Below, in pieces: positions 21,327 to 31,567 of a DNA stretch of 64,000 nt. The notes beneath the pieces were generated by a model that saw only the letters and a program-made list of their open reading frames with translations, was not told the DNA's origin and searched no databases. The stretch lies in assembly GCA_963796965.1 (NCBI GenBank), contig CAWCNS010000009.1:32001-96000 (forward strand). The letters run 5' to 3'. The stretch's first letter is position 1. Every line of letters starts with the position of its first letter. A program made the translations under genes and the position numbers. Source of the DNA: Calditrichia bacterium. GTDB taxonomy: Bacteria; Calditrichota; Calditrichia; JAJRVZ01.

Positions 21327-22409
21327 ATGGAAAAACTCTTTTTACATGACATGCATAAAAAAGCAGGTGCCAATTTCTCCTCGCTTTATGGTTGTCAGAT
21401 TCCAACAGATTATGGAGATATTGCCAGTGAGTTGGAATCTGTAAATGATCATGTGGCGCTTCTTGACCGAAGTTACTCGGGGAAATTAGCCCTTACAGGC
21501 CCGGATACACTTGATCTTCTTAACCGTATATCAACAAATGATTTGCATTACCTGGCTGTGGATACAATGGCTGATACAGTATTTGCTACACCAAAGGGAC
21601 GGTTAATAGATTATTGTCGTGTAATTAGTACAAAAGAAGAAGTAATCCTTGTATCTTCTTTTTTCCATGTCAATCATTTAATCGAATGGATTAATCGTTT
21701 CATAATTCTTGAAGATGTTACCCTCACAGATGTAACCGAAGCGTATACCTGGCTGACGTTAATTGGTCCAAGATCGAGACAATTTATAGGTCAGATATCA
21801 AACAAACAGCTAACGGATAGAGATGATGCAATTTGGCTCAATATTGAGGGGGAAATGTTTCCAGCTTTAATAAATAATAATTTCAAGTATCCCGCCTATA
21901 ATTTTTGTTTCTCAAATGATGTAGCCAAACCTATCATGGCATTTTTACTTAAGCATCTTGATTCTTTTCAGGGAAAAATGATTGGAAACACGGCCTTTCA
22001 GATTCTGCGTGTTGAAAGTGGCATGCCCGATGGTTTAACAGAGATAACCCAGGACTATAATCCTCACGAGGCGCGTCTGACTGAGGCGATAAGTTTTACT
22101 AAAGGATGCTACACGGGTCAGGAAGTTATTGCCCGTCTGGATACATACGATAAGGTGCAAAAATATCTCATGATCATTGAGCTTTCTGAGGAAATTAAAC
22201 AAAAACCTCCCCTGGAAGTTTACATAGATGATGAAAATATTGGTCATCTTACCAGTTATATCTTTAATCCAACAACAAGAAGAAGCGTTGGGTTAGGTTA
22301 TTTGAAAAAGATGTTTACTACAGAAAATGATATTTACGTTGAAGTACAGAGTGCGGAGAAACGTATTCCTGGCCGTTCACGAATCCCACCGCAAGGTTAT
22401 CTTAAATAA
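21327..22409 (+). CDS. YgfZ/GcvT-family folate-binding protein
   Basis: KGCYTGQEVIAR signature. Confidence 0.9.
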   Translation: MEKLFLHDMHKKAGANFSSLYGCQIPTDYGDIASELESVNDHVALLDRSYSGKLALTGPDTLDLLNRISTNDLHYLAVDTMADTVFATPKGRLIDYCRVISTKEEVILVSSFFHVNHLIEWINRFIILEDVTLTDVTEAYTWLTLIGPRSRQFIGQISNKQLTDRDDAIWLNIEGEMFPALINNNFKYPAYNFCFSNDVAKPIMAFLLKHLDSFQGKMIGNTAFQILRVESGMPDGLTEITQDYNPHEARLTEAISFTKGCYTGQEVIARLDTYDKVQKYLMIIELSEEIKQKPPLEVYIDDENIGHLTSYIFNPTTRRSVGLGYLKKMFTTENDIYVEVQSAEKRIPGRSRIPPQGYLK

Positions 22410-22485
22410 TCAGCGTTCCATTTCAATTCTGATCCCAAACATAATATTGTAAAGATTTTCACCCTTAACCTTATACTTAATTATC

Positions 22486-22875
22486 ATGTACCAATACAAA
22501 AAACATTTTACTTTAGCCGAAGCACATACCTTTCTTACAAGATTAGAATATGATCTTAGTGAATTGTCACGCTTAAAATCTCATTTGGATAAAATCGGTT
22601 TTAATATGTATACAAGAAAATACCGACCCGGATTTAATCCGGATACCATGAATGAATTTCCTGATAGTTTTCTTCAGGCAATTGAAATCATTCAATCGTT
22701 GGGAGATGAGGGTATCATTTTAAAGGGAATTGAGGAAGGATTAGTCGACTTCCCGGCGGTTCGACCAAATGGCGAGGAAGTTTTTTTATGTTGGATGCAG
22801 GGTGAAGAGGAGGTTTTATTTTGGCATTCCTTAGAAGGCGGCTTCCGGGGACGGCGCCCCATCGACCAGTTTTGA
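22486..22875 (+). CDS. DUF2203-family protein
   Basis: FTLAEA...KGIEEGLVDFPA...VFLCW...FWHSLEGGFRGRRPI. Confidence 0.85.
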   Translation: MYQYKKHFTLAEAHTFLTRLEYDLSELSRLKSHLDKIGFNMYTRKYRPGFNPDTMNEFPDSFLQAIEIIQSLGDEGIILKGIEEGLVDFPAVRPNGEEVFLCWMQGEEEVLFWHSLEGGFRGRRPIDQF

Positions 22876-22968
22876 GCAATGACTGGACTTGGCCATGCCG
22901 ATTTATTAATTTTCCGGCCTGAAGATATATCTGTGAATTAATGCAGGAAACATGTAGATAGAACTCAA

Positions 22969-23961
22969 ATGAATATTGGTAAGATAAATATAGATAAGGG
23001 GTTATTTCTGGCTCCCATGGAAAATGTGAGTGATTACCCTTTCAGAATGATCTGTAAAGAATTGGGTGCCGATGTGGTATACTCAGAATTTATCAGTTCT
23101 GAGGCCCTGATAAGGGATGCGGAAAAGGCTTTCAAAAAGATGACCATTCTTCCTAATGAACGCCCCATCGCCCTGCAAATTTATGGTAACCGTGTGGAGG
23201 CAATGGTAGAGGCAGCTCAAATTGCCGAAGAAAAAAAACCCGATTTTATCGATATCAATTTTGGCTGTCCGGTGAAAAAAGTTGCCCTTAAAGGTGCCGG
23301 GGCCGGTCTACTCCGCGATATTCCCCTAATGATCAAGATTTGTGAAGAAGTCGTTAAGCACACCCACCTTCCTGTTACCGCAAAAACCCGCCTGGGCTGG
23401 GATGCTGACTCGATTGTTATTATCGAAGTAGCGAAACAAATGGAAAGCGTTGGTATTGAAGCCCTCACCTTGCATGCCAGAACCAGAAGCCAGGGATTTA
23501 AAGGTGAGGCCGATTGGTCCTGGATAAGAAAAGTCAAAGAGGCTATTAATATTCCAATTATTGGCAACGGAGATGTGGTGGCGCCATCTCAGGTCAAGGA
23601 AATGTTCGAACAAACCAATTGCGATGCGGTTATGATCGGTCGCGGTGCCATTCACAACCCCTGGATTTTCACTCAGGCCAGAGAGTATTTAAAAACTGGT
23701 GATACAGGGACGGAAGCGGATTTAAAAGAACGCCTTCGTATCCTAAAAAAACACCTGGAGTATAATGTGGAATATAAAGGTGAATATAAGGGTGTGATTG
23801 AAATGCGCAAGCATCTCTCAGGCTACTTACGAAACCTGCCCAATATATCCAAATTTCGTTCAGAATTAATGCAATATTCTACTCTTGATGATACCTTAGC
23901 AAAATTTGAAGAAATTTATGCTTATTATTCTGAAAATGAATCTGTTCTACTGCAGCAATAA
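22969..23961 (+). CDS. dusB: tRNA-dihydrouridine synthase B
   Basis: LAPME, DINFGCPVKKV, HARTR, GNGDV, MIGRG. Confidence 0.95.
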   Translation: MNIGKINIDKGLFLAPMENVSDYPFRMICKELGADVVYSEFISSEALIRDAEKAFKKMTILPNERPIALQIYGNRVEAMVEAAQIAEEKKPDFIDINFGCPVKKVALKGAGAGLLRDIPLMIKICEEVVKHTHLPVTAKTRLGWDADSIVIIEVAKQMESVGIEALTLHARTRSQGFKGEADWSWIRKVKEAINIPIIGNGDVVAPSQVKEMFEQTNCDAVMIGRGAIHNPWIFTQAREYLKTGDTGTEADLKERLRILKKHLEYNVEYKGEYKGVIEMRKHLSGYLRNLPNISKFRSELMQYSTLDDTLAKFEEIYAYYSENESVLLQQ

Positions 23962-24264
23962 AGCCTTCCTAATATTCATTATCAATCCACATAAAAGTAC
24001 CTTCTTGCCTCGTATTTAAATCCTATGTATTTTATTCAATCACAGAAAATATTGTAACCATAATGGCACAGGAATATCAGAATGTTAGGATGTGATTGAG
24101 AGGTTGTGTGAGAACAAAAAAATTAATCATGTCGCTACACTCAATCTTATAATTTTATAGGTCACTGTTCACGATTTAAACGACTAAGTAACGAATGTCA
24201 GACCGGTACACTGAACTCTTATTGTCAGGACTATCGCAGCCTTTAAAAAGTTCGGGGGAAAATA

Positions 24265-25266
24265 ATGAATACAATTCGCTGGGGTATCATTGGTTGTGGC
24301 GATGTAACGGAAATAAAAAGTGGACCCGCTTTGCAGAAAGCAAAGAATTCCGAACTGGTTGCAGTCATGCGTAGAAGCGCCGAGAAGGCCAAAGATTATG
24401 CCCAGAGACATAATGTTCCTCATTGGTTTGACGATGCCAGTAAATTGATCAATGATCCGGAAGTTAATGCTATTTATATTGCGACACCTCCGGATAGCCA
24501 TAATCAATATACCGAATTAGCCGCCCTATCAGGAAAGCCTGTTTATGTAGAGAAACCGATGGCACGCAGTTTTAAAGAATGCAAACATATGGTTCAGGTT
24601 TGCAAGGATAACCGGGTACCCTTATTCGTCGCATACTACCGTCGAAGTTTACCAAAATTTTTAAAGGTGAAGGAACTCCTGGAAGAAGGATATATCGGAA
24701 AAGTTCGATCGGTCCTTGTGCGATTATTTTTACCGACTTTTGATAAAGATTTTCCGCAAGGAAATCTACCCTGGCGTGTTATACCTGAAATTGCAGGGGG
24801 CGGGCTGTTTTTTGATCTTGCTTCACATACCTTGGATATTCTGGATTTTTATTTAGGACCTATTAAAGCGGCCCATGGTTTTGCCACAAATCAAAAAGAT
24901 TTATATCCCGCAGAGGATAGTGTATCCGCATGTTTTGAATTCGAGAATGGGGCACTTGGCAACGGTATCTGGTGTTTTAATTCTGAAAGAGATGAAGATA
25001 TGATTGAAATATGTGGGGAAAAAGGAAAACTCATGATTCCTACGTTTTCACAGACACCGGTAAAATTATATACACAAAAAAAAGAAGAATCATGGGATAT
25101 TGCCCACCCTAAACATATTCAACAACCCCATATTCAATCTATCGTCAATGAATTGAATGGTCAAGGACAATGTCCCTGCCATGGTGAGGATGGCGCACGT
25201 ACAGCCTGGGTAATGGACGGCATCATCGAACAATGGCGTCAATCTAAAGGTATAGAATTTAAATAA
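24265..25266 (+). CDS. Gfo/Idh/MocA oxidoreductase
   Basis: WGIIGCG, YIATPP, VEKPMA, GGGLFFDLASH. Confidence 0.93.
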   Translation: MNTIRWGIIGCGDVTEIKSGPALQKAKNSELVAVMRRSAEKAKDYAQRHNVPHWFDDASKLINDPEVNAIYIATPPDSHNQYTELAALSGKPVYVEKPMARSFKECKHMVQVCKDNRVPLFVAYYRRSLPKFLKVKELLEEGYIGKVRSVLVRLFLPTFDKDFPQGNLPWRVIPEIAGGGLFFDLASHTLDILDFYLGPIKAAHGFATNQKDLYPAEDSVSACFEFENGALGNGIWCFNSERDEDMIEICGEKGKLMIPTFSQTPVKLYTQKKEESWDIAHPKHIQQPHIQSIVNELNGQGQCPCHGEDGARTAWVMDGIIEQWRQSKGIEFK

Positions 25267-25283
25267 CCCTAAAGAAAATAACT

Positions 25284-27251
25284 ATGAGCCAGAATTTAAT
25301 CGAAAAAATTGCACAAAAGTATACGGTGGGGCTTGCCGAAAACAAGCAAGTCAAAAGTGGCGATTACATAACTATTCGCCCGGCCCATGTTATGACCCAT
25401 GACAATACAGGTGCAGTCATTCCTAAGTTTCTCTCAATTGGGGCCAACCGCTTAAATAATCCAAAACAGGTCGTCCATACACTTGATCATAATATTCAGG
25501 ATCAGAGTGAAAAGAATCGTGAGAAATATCAAAAAATAGAAACATTTTCCAAGCAGATGGGGGCAGATTTTTATCCCGCAGGAAGGGGCATTGGTCATCA
25601 AATAATGTGCGAAGAGGGTTATGCCTGGCCCGGATCCATGGTCGTAGCATCGGATAGCCATTCCAATATGTATGGAGGGTTGGGTTGTCTCGGGACCCCT
25701 ATTGTCAGAACAGATGCAGCTGCCATTTGGGCTACAGGAATGACCTGGTGGCAAGTTCCCCCCGTGGCCAAAGTAGAATTAAGGGGGAATCTAAACAAAG
25801 GTGTCACAGGGAAGGATGTCATTATTACATTATGTGGTCATTTTAATAAGGATGAAGTTTTAAACCATGCGATTGAATTTACAGGGAACGGAATTGAACA
25901 ACTATCAATTGATGAGCGGTTGACTATTGCAAATATGACCACAGAATGGGGAGCCCTGGCAGGTGTATTTCCGATTGATGGGGTGACGCTGGAATGGTTA
26001 AGGCATAGAATTCGATTTATTGCTGATCGTGGTCTGGCCGGCGTATCCTCTGATCCGACAAGTAATAAGACACATCCGCGGGTGAATTTCTCCAGGTTGG
26101 AAAAACTGGAACAGCATACTCCCGCCAATGATCCTGGGGCCTATTATGCAAAATCATTGGTATTGGAACTTTCTACAATCCAACCCCATATTTCTGGTCC
26201 CAATTCCGTAAAGGTTATGACACCTGTATCAGAAATGATTAATAAGAAGATGAAAATACACAAAGCCTATCTTGTCTCCTGCGTAAATAGCCGATTAAAT
26301 GATATCAAAGAAGCTGCTGAGATACTAAAAGACAAAAAGGTGGCCGATGGAGTAGAATTCTATATTGCGGCTGCCTCAAATGAGGTTCAGCAAAACAGTG
26401 AAACCAAAGGTTACTGGCAAATTCTGTTAGCTGCAGGAGCCATTCCCCTACCACCTGGTTGTGGCCCCTGTATAGGACTGGGAGCAGGCCTATTAAAAGA
26501 CGGAGAAATAGGGATATCTGCAACAAACCGAAATTTTAAAGGACGAATGGGCTCCAGAGAAGCAGATGCTTACCTGGCTTCACCGGCAATTGTAGCCGCT
26601 TCTGCTGCGAAAGGGTTTATTGATTATCCTGGAGATTGGCATGGATCAAAGCCTTCAGGGTCTATTACTATAAATGATTCACACCTAACATCAGAATCAC
26701 AAGTTGAAATTATTAACGGATTTCCAGAAAGATTAAAGGGTGAGGTAATTTTTTGCCACCAGGACAATTTAAATACGGATGGTATTTACCCCGGAAAATA
26801 CACATACGTCGACGATTTTACGCCCCAGCAACAGGCAGAGGTTGTAATGGAAAATTACGATCCCGCATTTAAAGAACTCGTTAAGGCCAATGATATTCTG
26901 GTAGGAGGTTTTAATTTCGGCTCAGGAAGTTCGCGGGAACAGGCAGCTACCAGTTTAAAATATCGGGGAATTCAGTTAGTCATTGCCGGTTCTTTTAGTG
27001 AGACCTATAAACGAAATGCGATTAACAACGGGTTCCTCGTCCTGGAAGCTGCTGCTCTTATTGAGGATCTAAAAGCACAATTTGGTGAGGAAAAACTAAC
27101 CATACGTACAAAACTATTAGCAATTGTAAATTTCAAAAAATCTGAAATCAGAGTAGATGAGAAAACTTATAAGATTAGCCCTATTGGAACAGCCGCGCAG
27201 GAATTAATCGTAATGGGTGGGTTGGAGAACTGGGTCAAACAGGCCTTATGA
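25284..27251 (+). CDS. lysF: Homoaconitase, single-chain (fungal Lys4-like)
   Basis: QNLIEKI...DYITIRPAHVMTHDN, DSHSNMYGG, SCVNSR, CGPCIGLG, fused swivel domain DNLNTDGIYPGKYTY and GSGSSREQA. Confidence 0.88.
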   Translation: MSQNLIEKIAQKYTVGLAENKQVKSGDYITIRPAHVMTHDNTGAVIPKFLSIGANRLNNPKQVVHTLDHNIQDQSEKNREKYQKIETFSKQMGADFYPAGRGIGHQIMCEEGYAWPGSMVVASDSHSNMYGGLGCLGTPIVRTDAAAIWATGMTWWQVPPVAKVELRGNLNKGVTGKDVIITLCGHFNKDEVLNHAIEFTGNGIEQLSIDERLTIANMTTEWGALAGVFPIDGVTLEWLRHRIRFIADRGLAGVSSDPTSNKTHPRVNFSRLEKLEQHTPANDPGAYYAKSLVLELSTIQPHISGPNSVKVMTPVSEMINKKMKIHKAYLVSCVNSRLNDIKEAAEILKDKKVADGVEFYIAAASNEVQQNSETKGYWQILLAAGAIPLPPGCGPCIGLGAGLLKDGEIGISATNRNFKGRMGSREADAYLASPAIVAASAAKGFIDYPGDWHGSKPSGSITINDSHLTSESQVEIINGFPERLKGEVIFCHQDNLNTDGIYPGKYTYVDDFTPQQQAEVVMENYDPAFKELVKANDILVGGFNFGSGSSREQAATSLKYRGIQLVIAGSFSETYKRNAINNGFLVLEAAALIEDLKAQFGEEKLTIRTKLLAIVNFKKSEIRVDEKTYKISPIGTAAQELIVMGGLENWVKQAL

Positions 27252-27291
27252 TCTTATTGCAATAAGTAATCGTTATTATACCTAAAAAATA

Positions 27292-27546
27292 AGTCACTGA
27301 GATCCTCGGCAATTATAAATTAAAAATGTTTATAAACGGTTTGAATATTGACGTTATCTTCGCATAATAGTACGTTTCATGGTTATAAATAAGATCAACA
27401 CTATACGTATACATAAAAAGTGGATAAATTAATAACATTCAATAAAATCGTTAATGTTTTTTAGTATTTATCACCATAGGTGGTTCAGAGATCTTTTACA
27501 AAATTTAGATACTATTTGAACCAAAACCTCCGTACCCTCTGTGGTT
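27292..27546. repeat. Nonamer-arm element (accacagag class) with an eroded GxxExxY-like spacer
   Basis: Clear right arm ctccgtaccctctgtggtt; left arm agtcactgagatcctcgg is degenerate. Confidence 0.5.
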
Positions 27547-27580
27547 ACTACACTGTCTCATATAACACGAGGAAGAAGTC

Positions 27581-27899
27581 ATGTCTCAAAAAAACACCCC
27601 CAAATGGTTCCAGCAATTACAAAACAATTATCCCAATTATATGAATTGTCTGGATGAGTTGGGCGCCTCTTTACGAAAAGAAGGACCCTTAGATGAAAAA
27701 ACCTCCCATCTGATTCAGCTGAGCTGGCGCAGCTGCTAATCACTCAGAGGGTGCCGTTCACAGTCACACCAGACAATTAATGGAATTGGGTGCCAGCCCA
27801 GACGAAATTAATCATGCTATAATACTCCTTACCAGCACAATCGGCTTTCCTGCTGTATCTGCGGCAATGAGCTGGGCAAATGATATATTAAAAAAATGA
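27581..27899 (+). CDS. Carboxymuconolactone decarboxylase / AhpD-like protein (one frameshift near 27722)
   Basis: Not in the ORF track. MSQKNTPKWF...GPLDEKTSHLIQL then AGAAANHSEGAVHSH...LLTSTIGFPAVSAAMSW*. Confidence 0.85.
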
Positions 27900-27900
27900 C

Positions 27901-27993
27901 TGTAATTGGTAATTTGGAATTCAGGACTCGGAATTGATTTAAAATTAACAAAATGGCCATTCTCTTCATTTCCGATCCAAATTCCTAATTTCA
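27901..27993. repeat. Heptamer-arm inverted-repeat element (gtaattg/aattcc class)
   Basis: gtaattg gtaattt ggaattc aggactc ggaattg opposed to catttcc gatccaa attccta atttca; starts right after the upstream stop codon. Confidence 0.75.
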
Positions 27994-28058
27994 AGTCTTC
28001 GACAAATAAAGTAATGTATCTGTAATACCATCATTCACTCAAAGAGCAAGGAGTCTCA

Positions 28059-30071
28059 ATGGATCACCAATCATCCCAGGGAACCCGTCTTCCGGAAAAT
28101 GCCTATCGTAAATTAAATCCGGGTGAAGAGTATATCCCTATCGTCCCAAAAGAGAAGATTGTTCCGGAATTGACTTTATACTCTCTCTTATGGGGTATTT
28201 TTTATGCCGTATTATTTTCTATGGCAGCCGCCTATTTAGGTTTAAAAATCGGCCAGGTATTTGAGGCAGCCATCCCAATTGCAATTCTTGCCGTGGGTAT
28301 GTCTGTTTTATTGAAAAGAAATCAGGCCCTACAGGAAAATGTAATAATTCAATCGATTGGATCCGCTTCAGGTGTAATTGTAGCAGGGGCAATTTTTACA
28401 ATTCCAGGAATTTACATATTAGGATTAGACGCCAGTTTTTTGCAAATATTTTTAGCCTCATTATTCGGCGGTTTTTTAGGCATCCTATTTATGATTCCCT
28501 TTCGCAAATACTTTGTTAAGGACATGCATGGTGAATATCCTTTTCCTGAAGCAACAGCCACAACAGAAGTTCTTGTTGCAGGAGAAACTGGCGGCCATCA
28601 GGCAAAAATTCTAATCTCTGCTGCTGCAGTTGGTGGTTTGTATGATTTTTTTGTGTCTGGATTTGGATTTTGGAAAGAAGTTGTCTCTACCCAGGTTTTC
28701 GGCTGGGGACAGTTACTATCTGATAAAGTGAAGTTGGTATTTAAAGTCAACATTGGTGCTGCTGTAATGGGATTAGGTTATATTATTGGTTTGCGATATG
28801 TATTAATTATTGCAGCGGGGTCTTTTTTGGCCTGGTGGGTGTTAATACCGTTAGTTTACTCAATTGGACAATATATTTATGAACCTATTTTGCAATCAGC
28901 CAAACCCATATCTCAGATGTCACCTCAAGAGATTTTTAATGATTATGTCAGACATGTAGGGATTGGAGGTATTGCTGCTGCAGGTATCATTGGGATCCTT
29001 AAGTCCTCAAAAATTATCATTGGGGCGATAAAATTAGCCGCAAAGGAAATAACAGGGTCCGGGGTAACGAGCGGCGATTCATCCACAGAGGATCGAACAC
29101 AACGCGATATTAAAATGAAATGGATTACCATTTTACTCTTTACCACATTTGCCGCTACTTTTTTATTCTTTTATTTTAGTGTTGTAGAAATGAACCTTAT
29201 TCATGCTATAGTAGGAATTCTGATTGTTATTGTTATTGCCTTTCTATTTACCACCGTTGCTGCGAGAGCAATTGCCATAGTCGGTGTTAATCCGGTTTCC
29301 GGGATGACTCTAATGACCCTGATTATATCCTCCGTAATTTTATTAAAGGTTGGTTTATCGGGCTCATCGGGCATGCTGGCCGCCCTGATCATTGGTGGTG
29401 TGGTTTGTACCGCTCTTTCCATGGCCGGGGCTTTTGTTACAGATTTAAAGATTGGTTACTGGCTGGGAACAACTCCCCGTACCCAAGAGCGTTGGAAATT
29501 TCTGGGAACTCTTTTTGCAGCAGCATCTGTTGGTGTCGTAATCCTGGTGCTCTATCAAACCTATGGATTTGGTCCCGGTGGTCTGGAAGCCCCACAAGCT
29601 TCCGCGATGGCCGCTGTTCTGGAGCCCCTGATGTCAAACGAACCAGCGCCATGGTTAGCCTATTTGGCCGGTATTTTTCTGGCCATTATTTTGGAAATGG
29701 TAAAGATTCCACCACTCCCTTTTGCCTTGGGTATGTACTTGCCTATCTATTTAAACACGCCCTTATTATTTGGTGGAATTATTGCCCATCTGGTATCCAG
29801 GAGCACAAATAATGAAGCACTTGCTGCAAAGAGAAAAGAACGAGGTACGCTAATAGCTTCCGGATTTATTGCCGGTGGTGCAATTATGGGAGTGGTATCT
29901 GCCTTTATTGTATTTTTTGGTAAACAAATATTTACTGAAGACTGGACATTAATGAAGGCAATTGGAACAGAACATTGGGTTGAGTCTGCCCCTTCTGAGA
30001 TTCTGGGTTTTGTTATGTTCACCCTCCTCTGTGTCTATATGTATTGGGATTCACTGAGGGTAAAGGAATAA
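28059..30071 (+). CDS. OPT-family oligopeptide transporter
   Basis: YLGLKIGQVFEAAIPIAI, YPFPEATA, NPVSGMTL, DLKIGYWLG; many TM helices. Confidence 0.95.
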   Translation: MDHQSSQGTRLPENAYRKLNPGEEYIPIVPKEKIVPELTLYSLLWGIFYAVLFSMAAAYLGLKIGQVFEAAIPIAILAVGMSVLLKRNQALQENVIIQSIGSASGVIVAGAIFTIPGIYILGLDASFLQIFLASLFGGFLGILFMIPFRKYFVKDMHGEYPFPEATATTEVLVAGETGGHQAKILISAAAVGGLYDFFVSGFGFWKEVVSTQVFGWGQLLSDKVKLVFKVNIGAAVMGLGYIIGLRYVLIIAAGSFLAWWVLIPLVYSIGQYIYEPILQSAKPISQMSPQEIFNDYVRHVGIGGIAAAGIIGILKSSKIIIGAIKLAAKEITGSGVTSGDSSTEDRTQRDIKMKWITILLFTTFAATFLFFYFSVVEMNLIHAIVGILIVIVIAFLFTTVAARAIAIVGVNPVSGMTLMTLIISSVILLKVGLSGSSGMLAALIIGGVVCTALSMAGAFVTDLKIGYWLGTTPRTQERWKFLGTLFAAASVGVVILVLYQTYGFGPGGLEAPQASAMAAVLEPLMSNEPAPWLAYLAGIFLAIILEMVKIPPLPFALGMYLPIYLNTPLLFGGIIAHLVSRSTNNEALAAKRKERGTLIASGFIAGGAIMGVVSAFIVFFGKQIFTEDWTLMKAIGTEHWVESAPSEILGFVMFTLLCVYMYWDSLRVKE

Positions 30072-30105
30072 GTATTGGTATAAATCTTTTACCTTGGTTT
30101 TAACT

Positions 30106-30188
30106 TTGAAATTGATAATTGAATGTTGGATATTGGATATTTGCTACTGTGAATATCCAATATCCATCAGAGAATATCCAACCACCAA
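30106..30188. repeat. Heptamer-arm inverted-repeat element (ttggata/aatatcc class)
   Basis: Perfect 15-bp IR tggatattggatatt (30127-30141) and aatatccaatatcca (30152-30166), with further degenerate 7-mers outside. Confidence 0.85.
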
Positions 30189-30289
30189 GTTTGAGAACAG
30201 GTTTCCCATCATCTTATTCCTTTCACTCTATACCATTTTATCCGATATTTCTTTATATTTAACTAAAATTAAGAATAAGGGAGACAACC

Positions 30290-30901
30290 ATGGCTTACTG
30301 TCCTTATTGTTCAGAGGCATTACCAAAACCCGTCAAGGTTTGTCCATTTTGCAATAAAGCCATTGATACAAACCTCATTTCATCCATGTATAAAGCAGGT
30401 GAATCAAGCGATGTGGATAAGAGGGTAAAAAGAAAAATTTGGTTGAGGGAAAAAATATTAATAATTCTCCCGACTCTTGCAGTATTGATTGGTCTGGCTG
30501 TTGGTGCTATTGCCATGCTCATTTTTATGGAGGTGCAATATGCAGCATCGAGATCTTCTTATGAAGAGCAAATAAAATCATTACAGGATGAAATCGGTAA
30601 GAAGGAAAAATCTGCCGCCAATTCAAATCAGGAGTTGAATAATACCATACTGGAGAAAGATAAAATAATTGCATCTTTAACCGAGCAAAACAGTATTTTT
30701 AGCAGGATGATAGCCTTTACGAGTCGCCTGACCCGTGCCAGCACTATCACCCCAACATCCCCTCAGGATATCGATTATTTTCAGCGGAATGTTCGCTATT
30801 TACAATCACTTTTTAACCAGGAGCAGGAAAAATTAAAACAGACATCTTATGATTCGACGGCAACTTATAATCTAACACCCATCCCTCAATTTCTGGAATA
30901 A
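30290..30901 (+). CDS. Zinc-ribbon, single-TM, coiled-coil hypothetical protein
   Basis: CPYC-x10-CPFC, one hydrophobic helix, heptad-rich segment. Confidence 0.75.
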   Translation: MAYCPYCSEALPKPVKVCPFCNKAIDTNLISSMYKAGESSDVDKRVKRKIWLREKILIILPTLAVLIGLAVGAIAMLIFMEVQYAASRSSYEEQIKSLQDEIGKKEKSAANSNQELNNTILEKDKIIASLTEQNSIFSRMIAFTSRLTRASTITPTSPQDIDYFQRNVRYLQSLFNQEQEKLKQTSYDSTATYNLTPIPQFLE

Positions 30902-30927
30902 CAACATATTCTTTAATCTGGTTTCCT

Positions 30928-31344
30928 TTAAAAAATATAAAGCATCAGATAAATCAATATCCCACTGATCGATACAAATACCCAAACAGGCCATGTGTAA
31001 CGAACAATGGACCGGTGTCTTTCAAATTTCCCTTTTACAGCGAAATAGACAGCCAAAAGAATAAAGGGCCCCATGATCGCAGCAAGTATGATATGAGGGA
31101 TTAAAATGCTAAAATAAACCGGTCTTGTCCAATCATGATGGGGATAGGGAACAGACCCAACATTTGCATGATAGATGGTATAAAATATTAAAAACAGAGC
31201 GGATGAAATTAGAGCCCCGATCATATATTTTTTATGTGCCTCTTTATCATCATTTTTAATAAGTAGCCGTCCTCGAAATAACAATAGTGTAGTCAGAAGA
31301 TTTAGCGTTGCATTTACGGTCGGTAATTCCATTATACTCATCAT
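30928..31344 (-). CDS. DUF420 (CtaM-like) oxidase assembly membrane protein
   Basis: LPTVNATLN, HKKYM, YFSILIPHIILA, PVWVFVSISG; last gene of the oxidase cluster. Confidence 0.88.
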   Translation of the reverse strand: MMSIMELPTVNATLNLLTTLLLFRGRLLIKNDDKEAHKKYMIGALISSALFLIFYTIYHANVGSVPYPHHDWTRPVYFSILIPHIILAAIMGPFILLAVYFAVKGKFERHRSIVRYTWPVWVFVSISGILIYLMLYIF

Positions 31345-31407
31345 TGATCCTTTAGGATTAAATAATAGTATGACAATTAAAAAATTTGATTAATGAATTT
31401 TCTATTT

Positions 31408-31561
31408 TTCTCTCAAAGACACTAAGCCGCAAAGAATACTAAGAAAAATGATAAAAGAATTAAGAAAAAAGAAATGCAAATGTGGTAACAATCTTTTACC
31501 TTTTTTCTTTTGTCTTATTTCTTAAAAAAGTTGCGCCTTGCTCTATGCCCTCTACGAGAAA
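31408..31561. repeat. Octamer-arm element (cgcaaaga class), degenerate
   Basis: Left ttctctcaaaga cactaagc cgcaaag; right ttgcgccttg ctctatg ccctcta cgagaaa. Confidence 0.55.
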
Positions 31562-31567
31562 CGCCAC

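Noticed and set aside
24050..24260. Possible lysine riboswitch ahead of the Gfo-lysF genes
   Set aside because: Only an AGAGGT start; the other conserved elements and the multi-stem pairing were not found
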